Shown here in pieces: positions 53,601-64,000 of a stretch of 64,000 nt of DNA. Within the stretch, counting starts at the first letter, position 1. Each line of letters opens with the position of its first letter. The position numbers and the translations under genes were made by a program. This stretch comes from Mytilus trossulus. Lineage: Eukaryota. The DNA is taken from NCBI RefSeq assembly GCF_036588685.1, contig NC_086386.1, positions 21,390,001 through 21,454,000 on the forward strand. Reading direction: 5' to 3'. Below the pieces are notes generated by a model. That model worked only from the letters and a program-made list of their open reading frames with translations, did not search any database and was not told the origin of the DNA.

Positions 53601-55468
53601 CAGTTACTAGGTCCTTTACTTCATGATAGTCCCAATGATGTGCATCTGATATCATGAAAGTTTTTATGACGTACATGTAATGACATATGGGTCATTGTTC
53701 GGCCGTCAAGTTGCATTTTAAAAAGATATATCAATAATATTTCTCTCTATATAACTGAAAACTTCTCCTAGACATGTAACTACCAAATTTGAGCTACTAG
53801 TTAATTCATCTTAAGAATTTGTATGCATTTAATCTTATATATTATTAATTCCTGTTACAGAATCGTTTACAAAGACAGGAAGATGGCATTAATATTGGAA
53901 GTGATGACGAATTCTTTCTAGTCGGTGACAATAGAGAACAGCAGCCAGAGGTACACTCTTTGGTGTGATTTTTTTTAAAAACAAGTAAAATTTCAAGGCA
54001 TACAAAACTCTACACATTTTAATATCTTAAACAAATGTACCTTTCTGGTGAAAAGTTAAAAACAAGGGGAAAATGAAGGATTTTAAATGTTAGTGTGCAA
54101 TTATAAGGACGTAAAACATTTTCAATATAAATTGTGACGACACGCTTGAAATTTGCATTTTCTTTTCTTTTCAGCAGTTTTTTACTCATACACGACGACC
54201 TGGACAAACAACTGTTCGACCTCTTCCTGGGAGTCATGACATGTTTTGTCATAAACATGACATGCGCCATGCCTTGCCATGGTCTTTAATAAATCAGTAT
54301 CAAATAAGAGAATCTTCCCTACTGGACATTAATAGTGTATCCAAGCACCATACCATGTCTAAATCAGCTGGCAATGTCAAACGAGATATGGACGATAGAC
54401 GATTAAGAGAACTTTTAGAAGAGTTGTACAAAGACAAAAAGTATTTTGATCACGTGATAGATACAACCGGTAAGATAATCTTAAATTTCATTGTTTTAGA
54501 TAAAACTCATAAATCATTAAAACAACCTTTCATCAATGGAATACAAAAGTGGTATCCGGACGCATAGTGTAACTCTGATAGGTCAATTTTACTAATAAAA
54601 AATACTTTGTAGTATGATTTGAAATTATTGCGGACATTGCTTAAGAGAAAGTAATTTGTTATATTGCAAAATTTAATTAACATATAATATCTGTACAGAG
54701 CGAGCAACACACGAATGTACGATTTGCCTGCTTTATACTGATAGGTACTTTATCCTTTCTTAATGTTTTGTATCGCATGTTAACGTTTCATAGACCTATA
54801 TGTACATGTATTTTATAGCTTTCGTGTCTTTAATTTATCAATAGGTGGTTTGAAATGCATTACATAAATTTTCATAGCTTTTATTGATTTACTAACGCAA
54901 CATCATTCATATTAGGGAAAACAAGTAATGAGAAAGTTCTGAAGAATATTTATTCTTTTATTAACAATAGTTTCAACTATTATATGAAGATTTGTATATC
55001 AGCATAACAATTAATGAAATGAAATTCTAATTTAGAACTTTATTCCGTCGTGATATAACTAATAAAGAACAAGTAGAATAAGTTAATTTAAAGATTTTCA
55101 CTAGTTGAGAAGGAATCTAATATACCCATAGGTTCATGATAATTGAATCAATAAATCAACTCTTTTTAATTTCAGAGCCCAACACAGAACCAATAATAGA
55201 CGAACGAGATTTAGCAGAACATGGCCGAGGATTCTTGCTAGATCGTGCAGAATTTTGGGATGGAAGAGGCGTTCACATACCTCGCCCGCCTACAACTGCC
55301 TTAGGACTACGCTTATCTAGAATGAACACTAATATGCTTGACTCTGGTCGTGTATCTAATATATCATACGCATCCACAGTTACCCCGCCACCTCACCCTG
55401 AACAACGACAAGAAACACCAAAACAATCAAAAGAAGCTTTCGTTGAACGTGAACATACTGTGTGCTGA
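26454..55468 (+). CDS. Gene 3: uncharacterised type I membrane protein with a Cys-rich ectodomain, one TM helix and a long acidic low-complexity tail (~1390 aa; 5' exon not located)
   Basis: Phase-consistent GT-AG exon chain: 26454-26652, 26903-27015, 27587-27610, 31220-31351, 32862-33020, 37001-37104, 37757-37889, 38481-38489, 39789-40126 (or 40132), [41154-41225], 45182-45817, 46337-46363, 47250-47273, 47843-47959, 48367-48714, 49263-49649, 50106-50228, 50806-50919, 51263-51367, 52436-52522, 52789-53029, 53250-53332, 53861-53950, 54175-54469, 55176-55468. Confidence 0.7.
26903..27015 (+). CDS. Gene 3 ectodomain exon (SATTVNLFGGPKYIYVCVKF...)
   Basis: Phase 2 in, phase 1 out; G|gtatg donor. 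Confidence 0.75.
28492..28605 (+). mobile_element. Dispersed repeat family C (aaagtaaaatcacaaaaatactgaactc...)
   Basis: Further copies at 38947-39155 and 46546-46772. Confidence 0.65.
31220..31351 (+). CDS. Gene 3 ectodomain exon (STTLAVGTYER...HVAIKDG)
   Basis: ttccag acceptor and G|gtattt donor. Confidence 0.7.
32066..32352 (+). mobile_element. Dispersed repeat family D (ggagcaggatct...acccttc.ggagcac...)
   Basis: Second copy at 48796-49082; 3' fragment near 44363-44430. Confidence 0.75.
32862..33020 (+). CDS. Gene 3 ectodomain exon (CPTSIHGTFSY...LDVC...FNYTVC)
   Basis: tttcag acceptor and G|gtaagt donor; Cys-rich. Confidence 0.8.
34227..35122. mobile_element. Outer MITE with TTAA target-site duplication (Kolobok/piggyBac-type target)
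   Basis: TTAA|ggtggtacctaacac ... gtgttaggtaccacc|TTAA. Confidence 0.9.
34299..34917. mobile_element. Inner MITE nested in the outer one, with TTAA TSD
   Basis: TTAA|gggcatacgatacagtt ... aactgtatcgtatgccc|TTAA, a perfect 17-bp TIR. Confidence 0.9.
35651..35685 (+). ncRNA. Degenerate minimal hammerhead-ribozyme core (Penelope/retrozyme-type repeat remnant)
   Basis: gtct-tattt-agac helix II followed by GAAAC-GCGC-GTC; the CUGANGA box is decayed to tgaacg. Confidence 0.45.
37001..37104 (+). CDS. Gene 3 ectodomain exon (GQLLCVF...YQYACL)
   Basis: tttcag acceptor and |gtaagt donor. Confidence 0.8.
37757..37889 (+). CDS. Gene 3 ectodomain exon (VYSTSDTIVSASINPKEC...)
   Basis: tttag acceptor and T|gtaagt donor. 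Confidence 0.75.
38151..38245 (+). pseudogene. Decayed duplicate of gene 3 exon 37757-37860
   Basis: gtataatcgacttctggaaccattgtatcagcatt...tttgatagtacactgcaaact aligns with the exon about 395 bp upstream but has an in-frame stop and indels. Confidence 0.65.
38526..38630. repeat. 24-bp minisatellite, about 4.3 copies
   Basis: Unit gctttttttctttctcttccaaca. Confidence 0.9.
38947..39155 (+). mobile_element. Dispersed repeat family C
   Basis: Collinear with 46546-46772. Confidence 0.7.
39789..40126 (+). CDS. Gene 3 transmembrane exon (LLWLYILIAIIIILIIIAIIILICYL followed by KRKKKRK)
   Basis: Hydrophobic helix followed by a basic stop-transfer cluster; tttcag acceptor. Confidence 0.85.
43060..43570 (+). 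mobile_element. Decayed Penelope-like reverse-transcriptase remnant
   Basis: Frameshifted translation FRHIDNV..NNPYFMEYLHLI...LCSKCDDFKIPIVNFSFLNS* resembles the PLE RT consensus FRYIDDVLSLNN...LYDKRDDFNFPIVNFPFL. Confidence 0.7.
45182..45817 (+). CDS. Gene 3 Glu/Asn/Asp-rich cytoplasmic exon
   Basis: In frame with ORF 45215..45838; tttcag acceptor. Confidence 0.8.
46546..46772 (+). mobile_element. Dispersed repeat family C
   Basis: Collinear with 38947-39155. Confidence 0.7.
48367..48714 (+). CDS. Gene 3 cytoplasmic exon
   Basis: In frame with ORF 48406..48795; GAG|gtaatg donor. Confidence 0.8.
48796..49082 (+). mobile_element. Dispersed repeat family D
   Basis: Collinear with 32066-32352. 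Confidence 0.75.
49263..49649 (+). CDS. Gene 3 cytoplasmic exon
   Basis: In frame with ORF 49227..49694; ATT|gtaagt donor. Confidence 0.8.
50305..50694. mobile_element. MITE with TTAA TSD and imperfect TIRs
   Basis: TTAA|gggagttggcttctca ... tgacaagccagcttcc|TTAA. Confidence 0.8.
51403..51960 (+). mobile_element. Dispersed repeat family A, longest copy
   Basis: agatataggaagatgtggtgtgagtgccaatgagacaactctcc head; collinear with 57707-58128. Confidence 0.8.
52789..53029 (+). CDS. Gene 3 cytoplasmic exon
   Basis: In frame with ORF 52801..53037; C|gtaagt donor. Confidence 0.8.
54175..54469 (+). CDS. Gene 3 penultimate exon (LRELLEELYKDKKYF)
   Basis: Strong polypyrimidine tract with tandem CAGCAG acceptor; G|gtaag donor. 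Confidence 0.8.
55176..55468 (+). CDS. Gene 3 last coding exon
   Basis: tttcag acceptor, phase 1; ends at the TGA of ORF 55136..55468. Confidence 0.8.
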
Positions 55469-56444
55469 ATGATAAATCATGTACATGTCTTATTGTTGAT
55501 GTGCATATCAATTTGATAAGTTGAAATCAAAATCAGTGTCTCGTATACTAGAAAATTACTTTTAATCACGGTATTAAGTACATGTATATTCAGATATTTT
55601 GTTTCTTTCGTCTAAAAAAAATACTGTACAAGTCAAAACAAAATGGATACATATTAGAAGTGGTAAAGTGTTATAAACAATTTATTACTATAGAAACAAA
55701 AGTATTATTAAGCTTCCTGTGATATTTTGCCGTATCAATCATTGTTATTTATTGATATTAAAAATGTATTTGTTATCAAATTGTTTTGTTTCTGTTTAAA
55801 AAAAAATCCTTTTCTCTGACTGTACACTTGAAAGAAAAGAAAAGTTAATTTTGAGTACAAAGAATATTGAGAGTTGAATAGAAGAAAAAACCTGATGACA
55901 AGCTAGTCAAACAGCTGTCTTTGTTTTTGTCGAACGGGATCCTTAAAAATTGATGAAATCTTAGTTTTGTGGTTTCCTGATGAATAACTATTATTGTCAC
56001 CTATATCACCACTTATTTTTTATGATGTTCACTAAACTAAACTTTGCGACAAACACAGTAATTTCTATCTTGGCGTGGTGAACCTTTCAATCATATATAT
56101 GTTATACTTGTCATGCACCACTGCATATGGAATCAACATAATTATTTAGCATCAAAAACGATTTCAATACATGTTTTTTTTTAATAATGTTATATTCCAT
56201 TGAAAAATATTTTTATGTTTTAAAATCAGGAATTTACTTAACTGCAAAGTCATGTATACTAGTATAGTCTATTTTTTCCAGAAACTATGTTGTTGATTGG
56301 TTAGACAACATGATTTTTAAATGTTGCTCAGGGTTGACACATTAAAATTGTTGTATTAAGATTGGCAAAAAAGAATTTCAAACATTAATGCATGAAAGCA
56401 TACCAAATCAACCATCAACACTTACTATCATGCTCACGTACATG

Positions 56445-57110
56445 TATACAACCTACCACATCAACTACTAAAACTACCATGCTTATATATACAACCTACC
56501 ACATCAACTACTAAAACTACCATGCTTATATATACAACCTTCCACATCAACTACTAAAACTACCATGCTTATATATACAACAGACCACATCAACTACTAA
56601 AACTACCATGCTTATATATACAACCTACCACATCAACTACTAAAACTACCATGCTTATATATACAACCTACCACATCAACTACTAAAACTACCATGCTTA
56701 TATATACAACAGACCACATCAACTACTAAAACTACCATGCTTATATATACAACCTACCACATCAACTACTAAAACTACCTTGCTTATATATACAACCTAC
56801 CACATCAACTACTAAAACTACCATGCTTATATATACAACAGACCACATCAACTACTAAAACTACCATGCTTATATATACAACAGACCACATCAACTACTA
56901 AAACTACCATGCTTATATATACAACAGACCACATCAACTACTAAAACTACCATGCTTATATATACCACAGACCACATCAACTACTAAAACTACCATGCTT
57001 ATATATACAACCTACCACATCAACTACTAAAACTACCATGCTTATATATACAACAGACCACATCAACTACTAAAACTACCATGCTTATATATACAACCTA
57101 CCACATCAAC
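56445..57110. repeat. 43-bp minisatellite, variant 1 (about 15 homogeneous copies)
   Basis: Unit atacaac(ct/ag)accacatcaactactaaaactaccatgcttatat. Confidence 0.95.
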
Positions 57111-57706
57111 CTTTAACACTACCAAACTAACGTATACAACAGACAACATAAACCTTCAATTTAAAAAAGAAGATGTGGTATGATTGCCAATGAGACAACT
57201 GTCCACAAGAGACAAAAATGACACAGACATAAACTACCATACTAATATATGCAACAGACCACAACAACTTCCAACACTACCAAAATTACGTATACAAATG
57301 ACCACATACACCTTCAACACTATCATGATTACATATACAACAGACAAAAACAACCCCAAACAATGCCATGTGCACGGATACAAACAAAACACATCAACCA
57401 ACAACACTACTATACGTATATGAACAACAATCCATTTGACCACCAACACTATCAAGCTCACGTCAACAACAAACCACATCAACAACCAATATTACCGTGC
57501 ATGCTCATGTATACAACAGACCACATCAACCACCAACCCTACCATACTCGTGTATACAACAAACCCTATTGACCACCAAAACTACCAAGCTCACGTCAAT
57601 AACAGACCACATAAACAACCAACACTACCATGATCACGTAAACAATTATAGATTACATCAACCACCAACAATACCTTGCTAATGGATACAAAATAGTTCT
57701 TCAATT

Positions 57707-58128
57707 AGATATAGGAAGATGTGGAATGAGTGATAATGAGACAACTCTCCATCCAAAAAACAATTTATAAAAGTAAACTATTATAGGTCAAGGTACGTCC
57801 TTCAACACGGAGCATTTGCTCACAACGAACAACAAGCTATAAAGGGCCCCAAAATTACTAGCGTGAATCCATTTAAGCAGTCAAACCAACGGTTTAATCT
57901 ATTCAAAAAATAGGAACCAGAAACACGTATAAATTACAAAAAACAATCTACTGTACATCCAATTCCTGACTTAGGACAGGTGCAAACATTTGCAGCGGGA
58001 TTAAACGTTTTAATGGCACCACATTTTTCTAACTTTTTCTGAAAAAAAAGTATATACCATCACAACATAAAAAGAACACATGATAAAATATCAATTGGAA
58101 GGCTTAGCTCAGTCAAAAAACGTAAGTT
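57707..58128 (+). mobile_element. Dispersed repeat family A inserted into the degenerate part of the satellite
   Basis: Collinear with 51403-51830. Confidence 0.8.
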
Positions 58129-58269
58129 AACACAACACTATCATGCTTCACGTTAACAACAGACCTCAACAACAACCAACACTTAGTCTACCATGCGAAC
58201 ATACACAAAATCAAACAAATCAACCCCTTACGCTACCATGCGCATGTAAACAGCAAACCATATAATTAA

Positions 58270-61200
58270 GCAACACTACTATGCTCATGTCAACAACATA
58301 CCACATAAACCACCAACACTACCATATCCAAGTATACAACAGACAACATCAGCCACCAACACTACCATACCCATGTATACAACAGACAACATCAACCACC
58401 AACACTACCATACCCACGTTTACAACAGACAATATCAACCACCAACACTACCATATCCACGTTTACAACAGACAATATCAACCACCAAAACTACCATACC
58501 CACGTTTACAACAGACAACATCAACCACCAACAGTACCATATCCACGTTTACAACAGACAATATCAACCACCAACACTACCATACCCACGTTTACAACAG
58601 ACAACATCAACCACCAACACTACCATACCCACGTTTACAAAAGACAACATCAACCACCAACACTACCATATCCACGTATACAACAGACAACATCAACCAC
58701 CAACACTACCATATCCACGTATACAACAGACAACATCAACCACCAACACTTTCATATCCACTTATACAACAGACAACATCAACCACCAACACTACTATGC
58801 TCATGTCAACAACATACCACACCAACCACCAACACTACCATATCCACGTATACAACAGACAATATCAACCACCAACACTACCATATCCACGTATACAACA
58901 GACAACATGAACCACCAACACTACCATATCCACGTATACAACAGACAACATCAACCACCAACACTACCATATCCACGTATACAACAGACAACATCAACCA
59001 CCAACACTACCATACCCACTTATACAACAGACATCAACCACCAATACTACCATATCCACGTATACAACAGACAACATCAACCACCGACACTACCATACCC
59101 ACTTATACAACAGACATCAACCACCAACACTACCATATCCACGTATACAACAGACAACATCAACCACCAACACTACCATATCCACGTATACAACAGACAA
59201 CATCAACCACCAACACTACCATACCCACTTATACAACAGACATCAACCACCAACACTATCATATCCATGTATACAACAGACAACATCAACCACCGACACT
59301 ACCATACCCACTTATACAACAGACATCAACCACCAATACTACCATATCCACGTATACAACAGACAACATCAACCACCAACACTACCATACCCACTTATAC
59401 AACAGACAACATCAACCACCAACAGTACCATATCCATGTATACAACAGACAACATCAACCACCGACACTACCATACCCACTTATACAACAGACATCAACC
59501 ACCAACACTACCATATCCACGTATACAACAGACAACATCAACCACCAACAGTACCATACCTACGTATACAACAGACAACATCAACCACCAACAGTACCAT
59601 ATCCATGTATACAACAGACAACATCAACCACCAACACTTCCATACCCACGTTTACAACAGACAACATCAACCACCAACACTACCATACCCACTTATACAA
59701 CAGACAACATCAAACACCAACACTACCATATCCACGTATACAACAGACAACATCAATTACCAACACTACCATATCCACGTATACAACAGACAACATCAAC
59801 CACCAACACTATCATATCCACTTAATTCAACAGACAACATCAACCACCAACACTACCATATTCACTTATACAACAGACATCAACCACCAACACTACTATA
59901 CCCATGTATGCAACAGACAACATCAACCACCAACACTACCATACCCACGTTTACAACAGACAATATCAACCACCAACACTACCATACCCACTTATAAAAC
60001 AGACAACATCAAACACCAACACTACCATATCCACTTATACAACAGACATCAACAACCAACACTACCATATCCACGTATACAACAGACAACATCAACCACC
60101 AACACTACCATACCCACGTATAAAACAGACAACATCAACCACCAACACTACCATACCTACGTATACAACAGACAACACCAACCACCAACAGTACCATATC
60201 AATGTATACAACAGACAACATCAACCACCGACACTACCATACCCACTTATAAAACAGACAACATCAACCACCAACACTACCATACCTACGTATACAACAG
60301 ACAACACCAACCACCAACAGTACCATATCAATGTATACAACAGACAACACCAACCACCAACACTACCATATCCATGTATACAACAGACAACATCAACCAC
60401 CAACACTACCATATCCACGTATACAACAGACAACATCAACCACCAACACTACCATATCCACTTAATACAACAGACAACACCAACCACCAACACTACCATA
60501 TCCATATTTACAACAGACAACATCAACCACCAACACTACCATATCCATGTATACAACAGACAACACCAACCACCAACACTACCATATCCACTTATACAAC
60601 AGACATCAACAACCAACACTACCATATCCACGTATACAACAGACAACATCAACCACCAACACTACCATACCCACGTATAAAACAGACAACATCAACCACC
60701 AACACTACCATACCTACGTATACAACAGACAACACCAACCACCAACAGTACCATATCAATGTATACAACAGACAACATCAACCACCAACACTACCATATC
60801 CATGTATACAACAGACAACATCAACCACCAACACTACCATATCCACGTATACAACAGACAACATCAACCACCAACACTACCATATCCACTTAATACAACA
60901 GACAACACCAACCACCAACACTACCATATCCATGTATACAACAGACAACATCAACCACCAACACTACCATATCCACTTAATACAACAGACAACACCAACC
61001 ACCAACACTACCATATCCACTTAATACAACAGACAACATCAACCACCAGCACTACCATATCCATGTATACAACAGACAACATCAACCACCAACACTACCA
61101 TATCCACGTATACAACAGACAACATCAACCACCAACACTACCATATCCATGTATACAACAGACAACATCAACCACCAACACTACCATATCCATGTATACA

Positions 61201-64000
61201 ACAGACAACATCAACCACCAACACTACCATATCCACGTATACAACAGACAACATCAACCACCAACACTACCATATCCACTTAATACAACAGACAACACCA
61301 ACCACCAACACTACCATATCCATGTATACAACAGACAACATCAACCACCAACACTACCATATCCATGTATACAACAGACAACATCAACCACCAGCACTAC
61401 CATATCCATGTATACAACAGACAACATCAACCACCAACACTACCATATCCACTTATACAACAGACAACATCAACCACCAACACTATTATACCCACTTATA
61501 CAACAGACAACATCAAACACCAACACTACCATACCCACTTATACAACAGACAATATCAAACACCAACACTACCATATCCACTTATACAACAGACATCAAC
61601 CACCAACACCACTATACTCACGTATACAACAGACAACATCAACCACCAACACTACCATATCCACTTATACAACAGACAATATCAAACACCAATACTACCA
61701 TATCCACTTATACAACAGACAACATCAACCACCAACACTATTATACCCACTTATACAACAGACAACATCAAACACCAACACTACCATACCCACTTATACA
61801 ACAGACAATATCAAACACCAACACTACCATATCCACTTATACAACAGACATCAACCACCAACACCACTATACTCACGTATGCAACAGACAACATCAACCA
61901 CCAACACTACCATATCCACTTATACAACAGACAACATCAACCACCAACACTACCATATCCACGTATACAACAGACAACATCAACCACCAACACTACCATA
62001 CCCACGTATAAAACAGACAACATCAACCACCAACACTACCATACCTACGTATACAACAGACAACACCAACCACCAACAGTACCATATCAATGTATACAAC
62101 AGACAACATCAACCACCGACACTACCATACCCACTTATAAAACAGACAACATCAACCACCAACACTACCATACCTACGTATACAACAGACAACACCAACC
62201 ACCAACAGTACCATATCAATGTATACAACAGACAACACCAACCACCAACACTACCATATCCATGTATACAACAGACAACATCAACCACCAACACTACCAT
62301 ATCCACGTATACAACAGACAACATCAACCACCAACACTACCATATCCACTTAATACAACAGACAACACCAACCACCAACACTACCATATCCATATTTACA
62401 ACAGACAACATCAACCACCAACACTACCATATCCATGTATACAACAGACAACACCAACCACCAACACTACCATATCCACTTATACAACAGACATCAACAA
62501 CCAACACTACCATATCCACGTATACAACAGACAACATCAACCACCAACACTACCATACCCACGTATAAAACAGACAACATCAACCACCAACACTACCATA
62601 CCTACGTATACAACAGACAACACCAACCACCAACAGTACCATATCAATGTATACAACAGACAACATCAACCACCAACACTACCATATCCATGTATACAAC
62701 AGACAACATCAACCACCAACACTACCATATCCACGTATACAACAGACAACATCAACCACCAACACTACCATATCCACTTAATACAACAGACAACACCAAC
62801 CACCAACACTACCATATCCATGTATACAACAGACAACATCAACCACCAACACTACCATATCCACTTAATACAACAGACAACACCAACCACCAACACTACC
62901 ATATCCACTTAATACAACAGACAACATCAACCACCAGCACTAACATATCCATGTATACAACAGACAACATCAACCACCAACACTACCATATCCACGTATA
63001 CAACAGACAACATCAACCACCAACACTACCATATCCATGTATACAACAGACAACATCAACCACCAACACTACCATATCCATGTATACAACAGACAACATC
63101 AACCACCAACACTACCATATCCACGTATACAACAGACAACATCAACCACCAACACTACCATATCCACTTAATACAACAGACAACACCAACCACCAACACT
63201 ACCATATCCATGTATACAACAGACAACATCAACCACCAACACTACCATATCCATGTATACAACAGACAACATCAACCACCAGCACTACCATATCCATGTA
63301 TACAACAGACAACATCAACCACCAACACTACCATATCCACTTATACAACAGACAACATCAACCACCAACACTATTATACCCACTTATACAACAGACAACA
63401 TCAAACACCAACACTACCATACCCACTTATACAACAGACAATATCAAACACCAACACTACCATATCCACTTATACAACAGACATCAACCACCAACACCAC
63501 TATACTCACGTATACAACAGACAACATCAACCACCAACACTACCATATCCACTTATACAACAGACAATATCAAACACCAATACTACCATATCCACTTATA
63601 CAACAGACAACATCAACCACCAACACTATTATACCCACTTATACAACAGACAACATCAAACACCAACACTACCATACCCACTTATACAACAGACAATATC
63701 AAACACCAACACTACCATATCCACTTATACAACAGACATCAACCACCAACACCACTATACTCACGTATGCAACAGACAACATCAACCACCAACACTACCA
63801 TATCCACTTATACAACAGACAACATCAACCACCAACACTATCATATCCACTTATACAACAAACAACATCAACCACCAACACTACCATATCCACGTATACA
63901 ACAGACAACATCAAACACCAACACTACCATACCCATGTATACAACAGACAACATCAACCACCAACACTACCATATCCACTTAATACAACAGACAACATCA
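58270..64000. repeat. 43-bp satellite, variant 2 (with 40- and 44-bp variants), running off the end of the window
   Basis: Unit atacaacagacaacatcaaccaccaacactaccatatccacgt, more than 130 copies. Confidence 0.97.

Noticed and set aside
58281-63983. Long ORFs of up to 883 aa as real protein-coding genes
   Set aside because: They are translations of a 43-bp tandem repeat whose period is not a multiple of 3, overlap in all three frames, and tolerate 44-bp frameshifting variants. There is no signal peptide or unique sequence.
56445-64000. CRISPR-like array
   Set aside because: Monomers are contiguous with no unique spacers, there are no cas genes, and the context is eukaryotic.

Overview
AT-rich, intron-containing eukaryotic DNA. 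The dispersed repeats look like those of a bivalve mollusc, probably Mytilus (inference from remembered repeat motifs, not a search). Three + strand protein-coding genes can be assembled with GT-AG introns and consistent reading phase. (1) 850-5213: a ~794-aa secreted protein with a SURNod19/copper-monooxygenase-like motif set (HH...M, HxH...M) and a DOMON-like domain inserted in the middle. (2) 13648-15346: a 381-aa Gfo/Idh/MocA NAD(P)-dependent oxidoreductase of the fungal-like subfamily. (3) ~26454-55468: a ~24-exon type I membrane protein (~1390 aa, first exon not found) with a Cys-rich ectodomain, several microexons, one TM helix and a very long acidic tail ending in a TTC25/ODAD4-like motif; this locus may instead be two genes. 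Non-coding DNA contains nested TTAA-targeting MITEs, a head-to-head pair of tRNA-like elements inside (TA)n tracts, an inverted ~370-bp satellite block, a decayed Penelope-type RT, a degenerate hammerhead-ribozyme core, several SINE/MITE families, and a 43-bp satellite from ~56445 to the window end that carries a 1888-bp higher-order duplication. The long His/Thr-rich ORFs at 58-64 kb are artefacts of that satellite.
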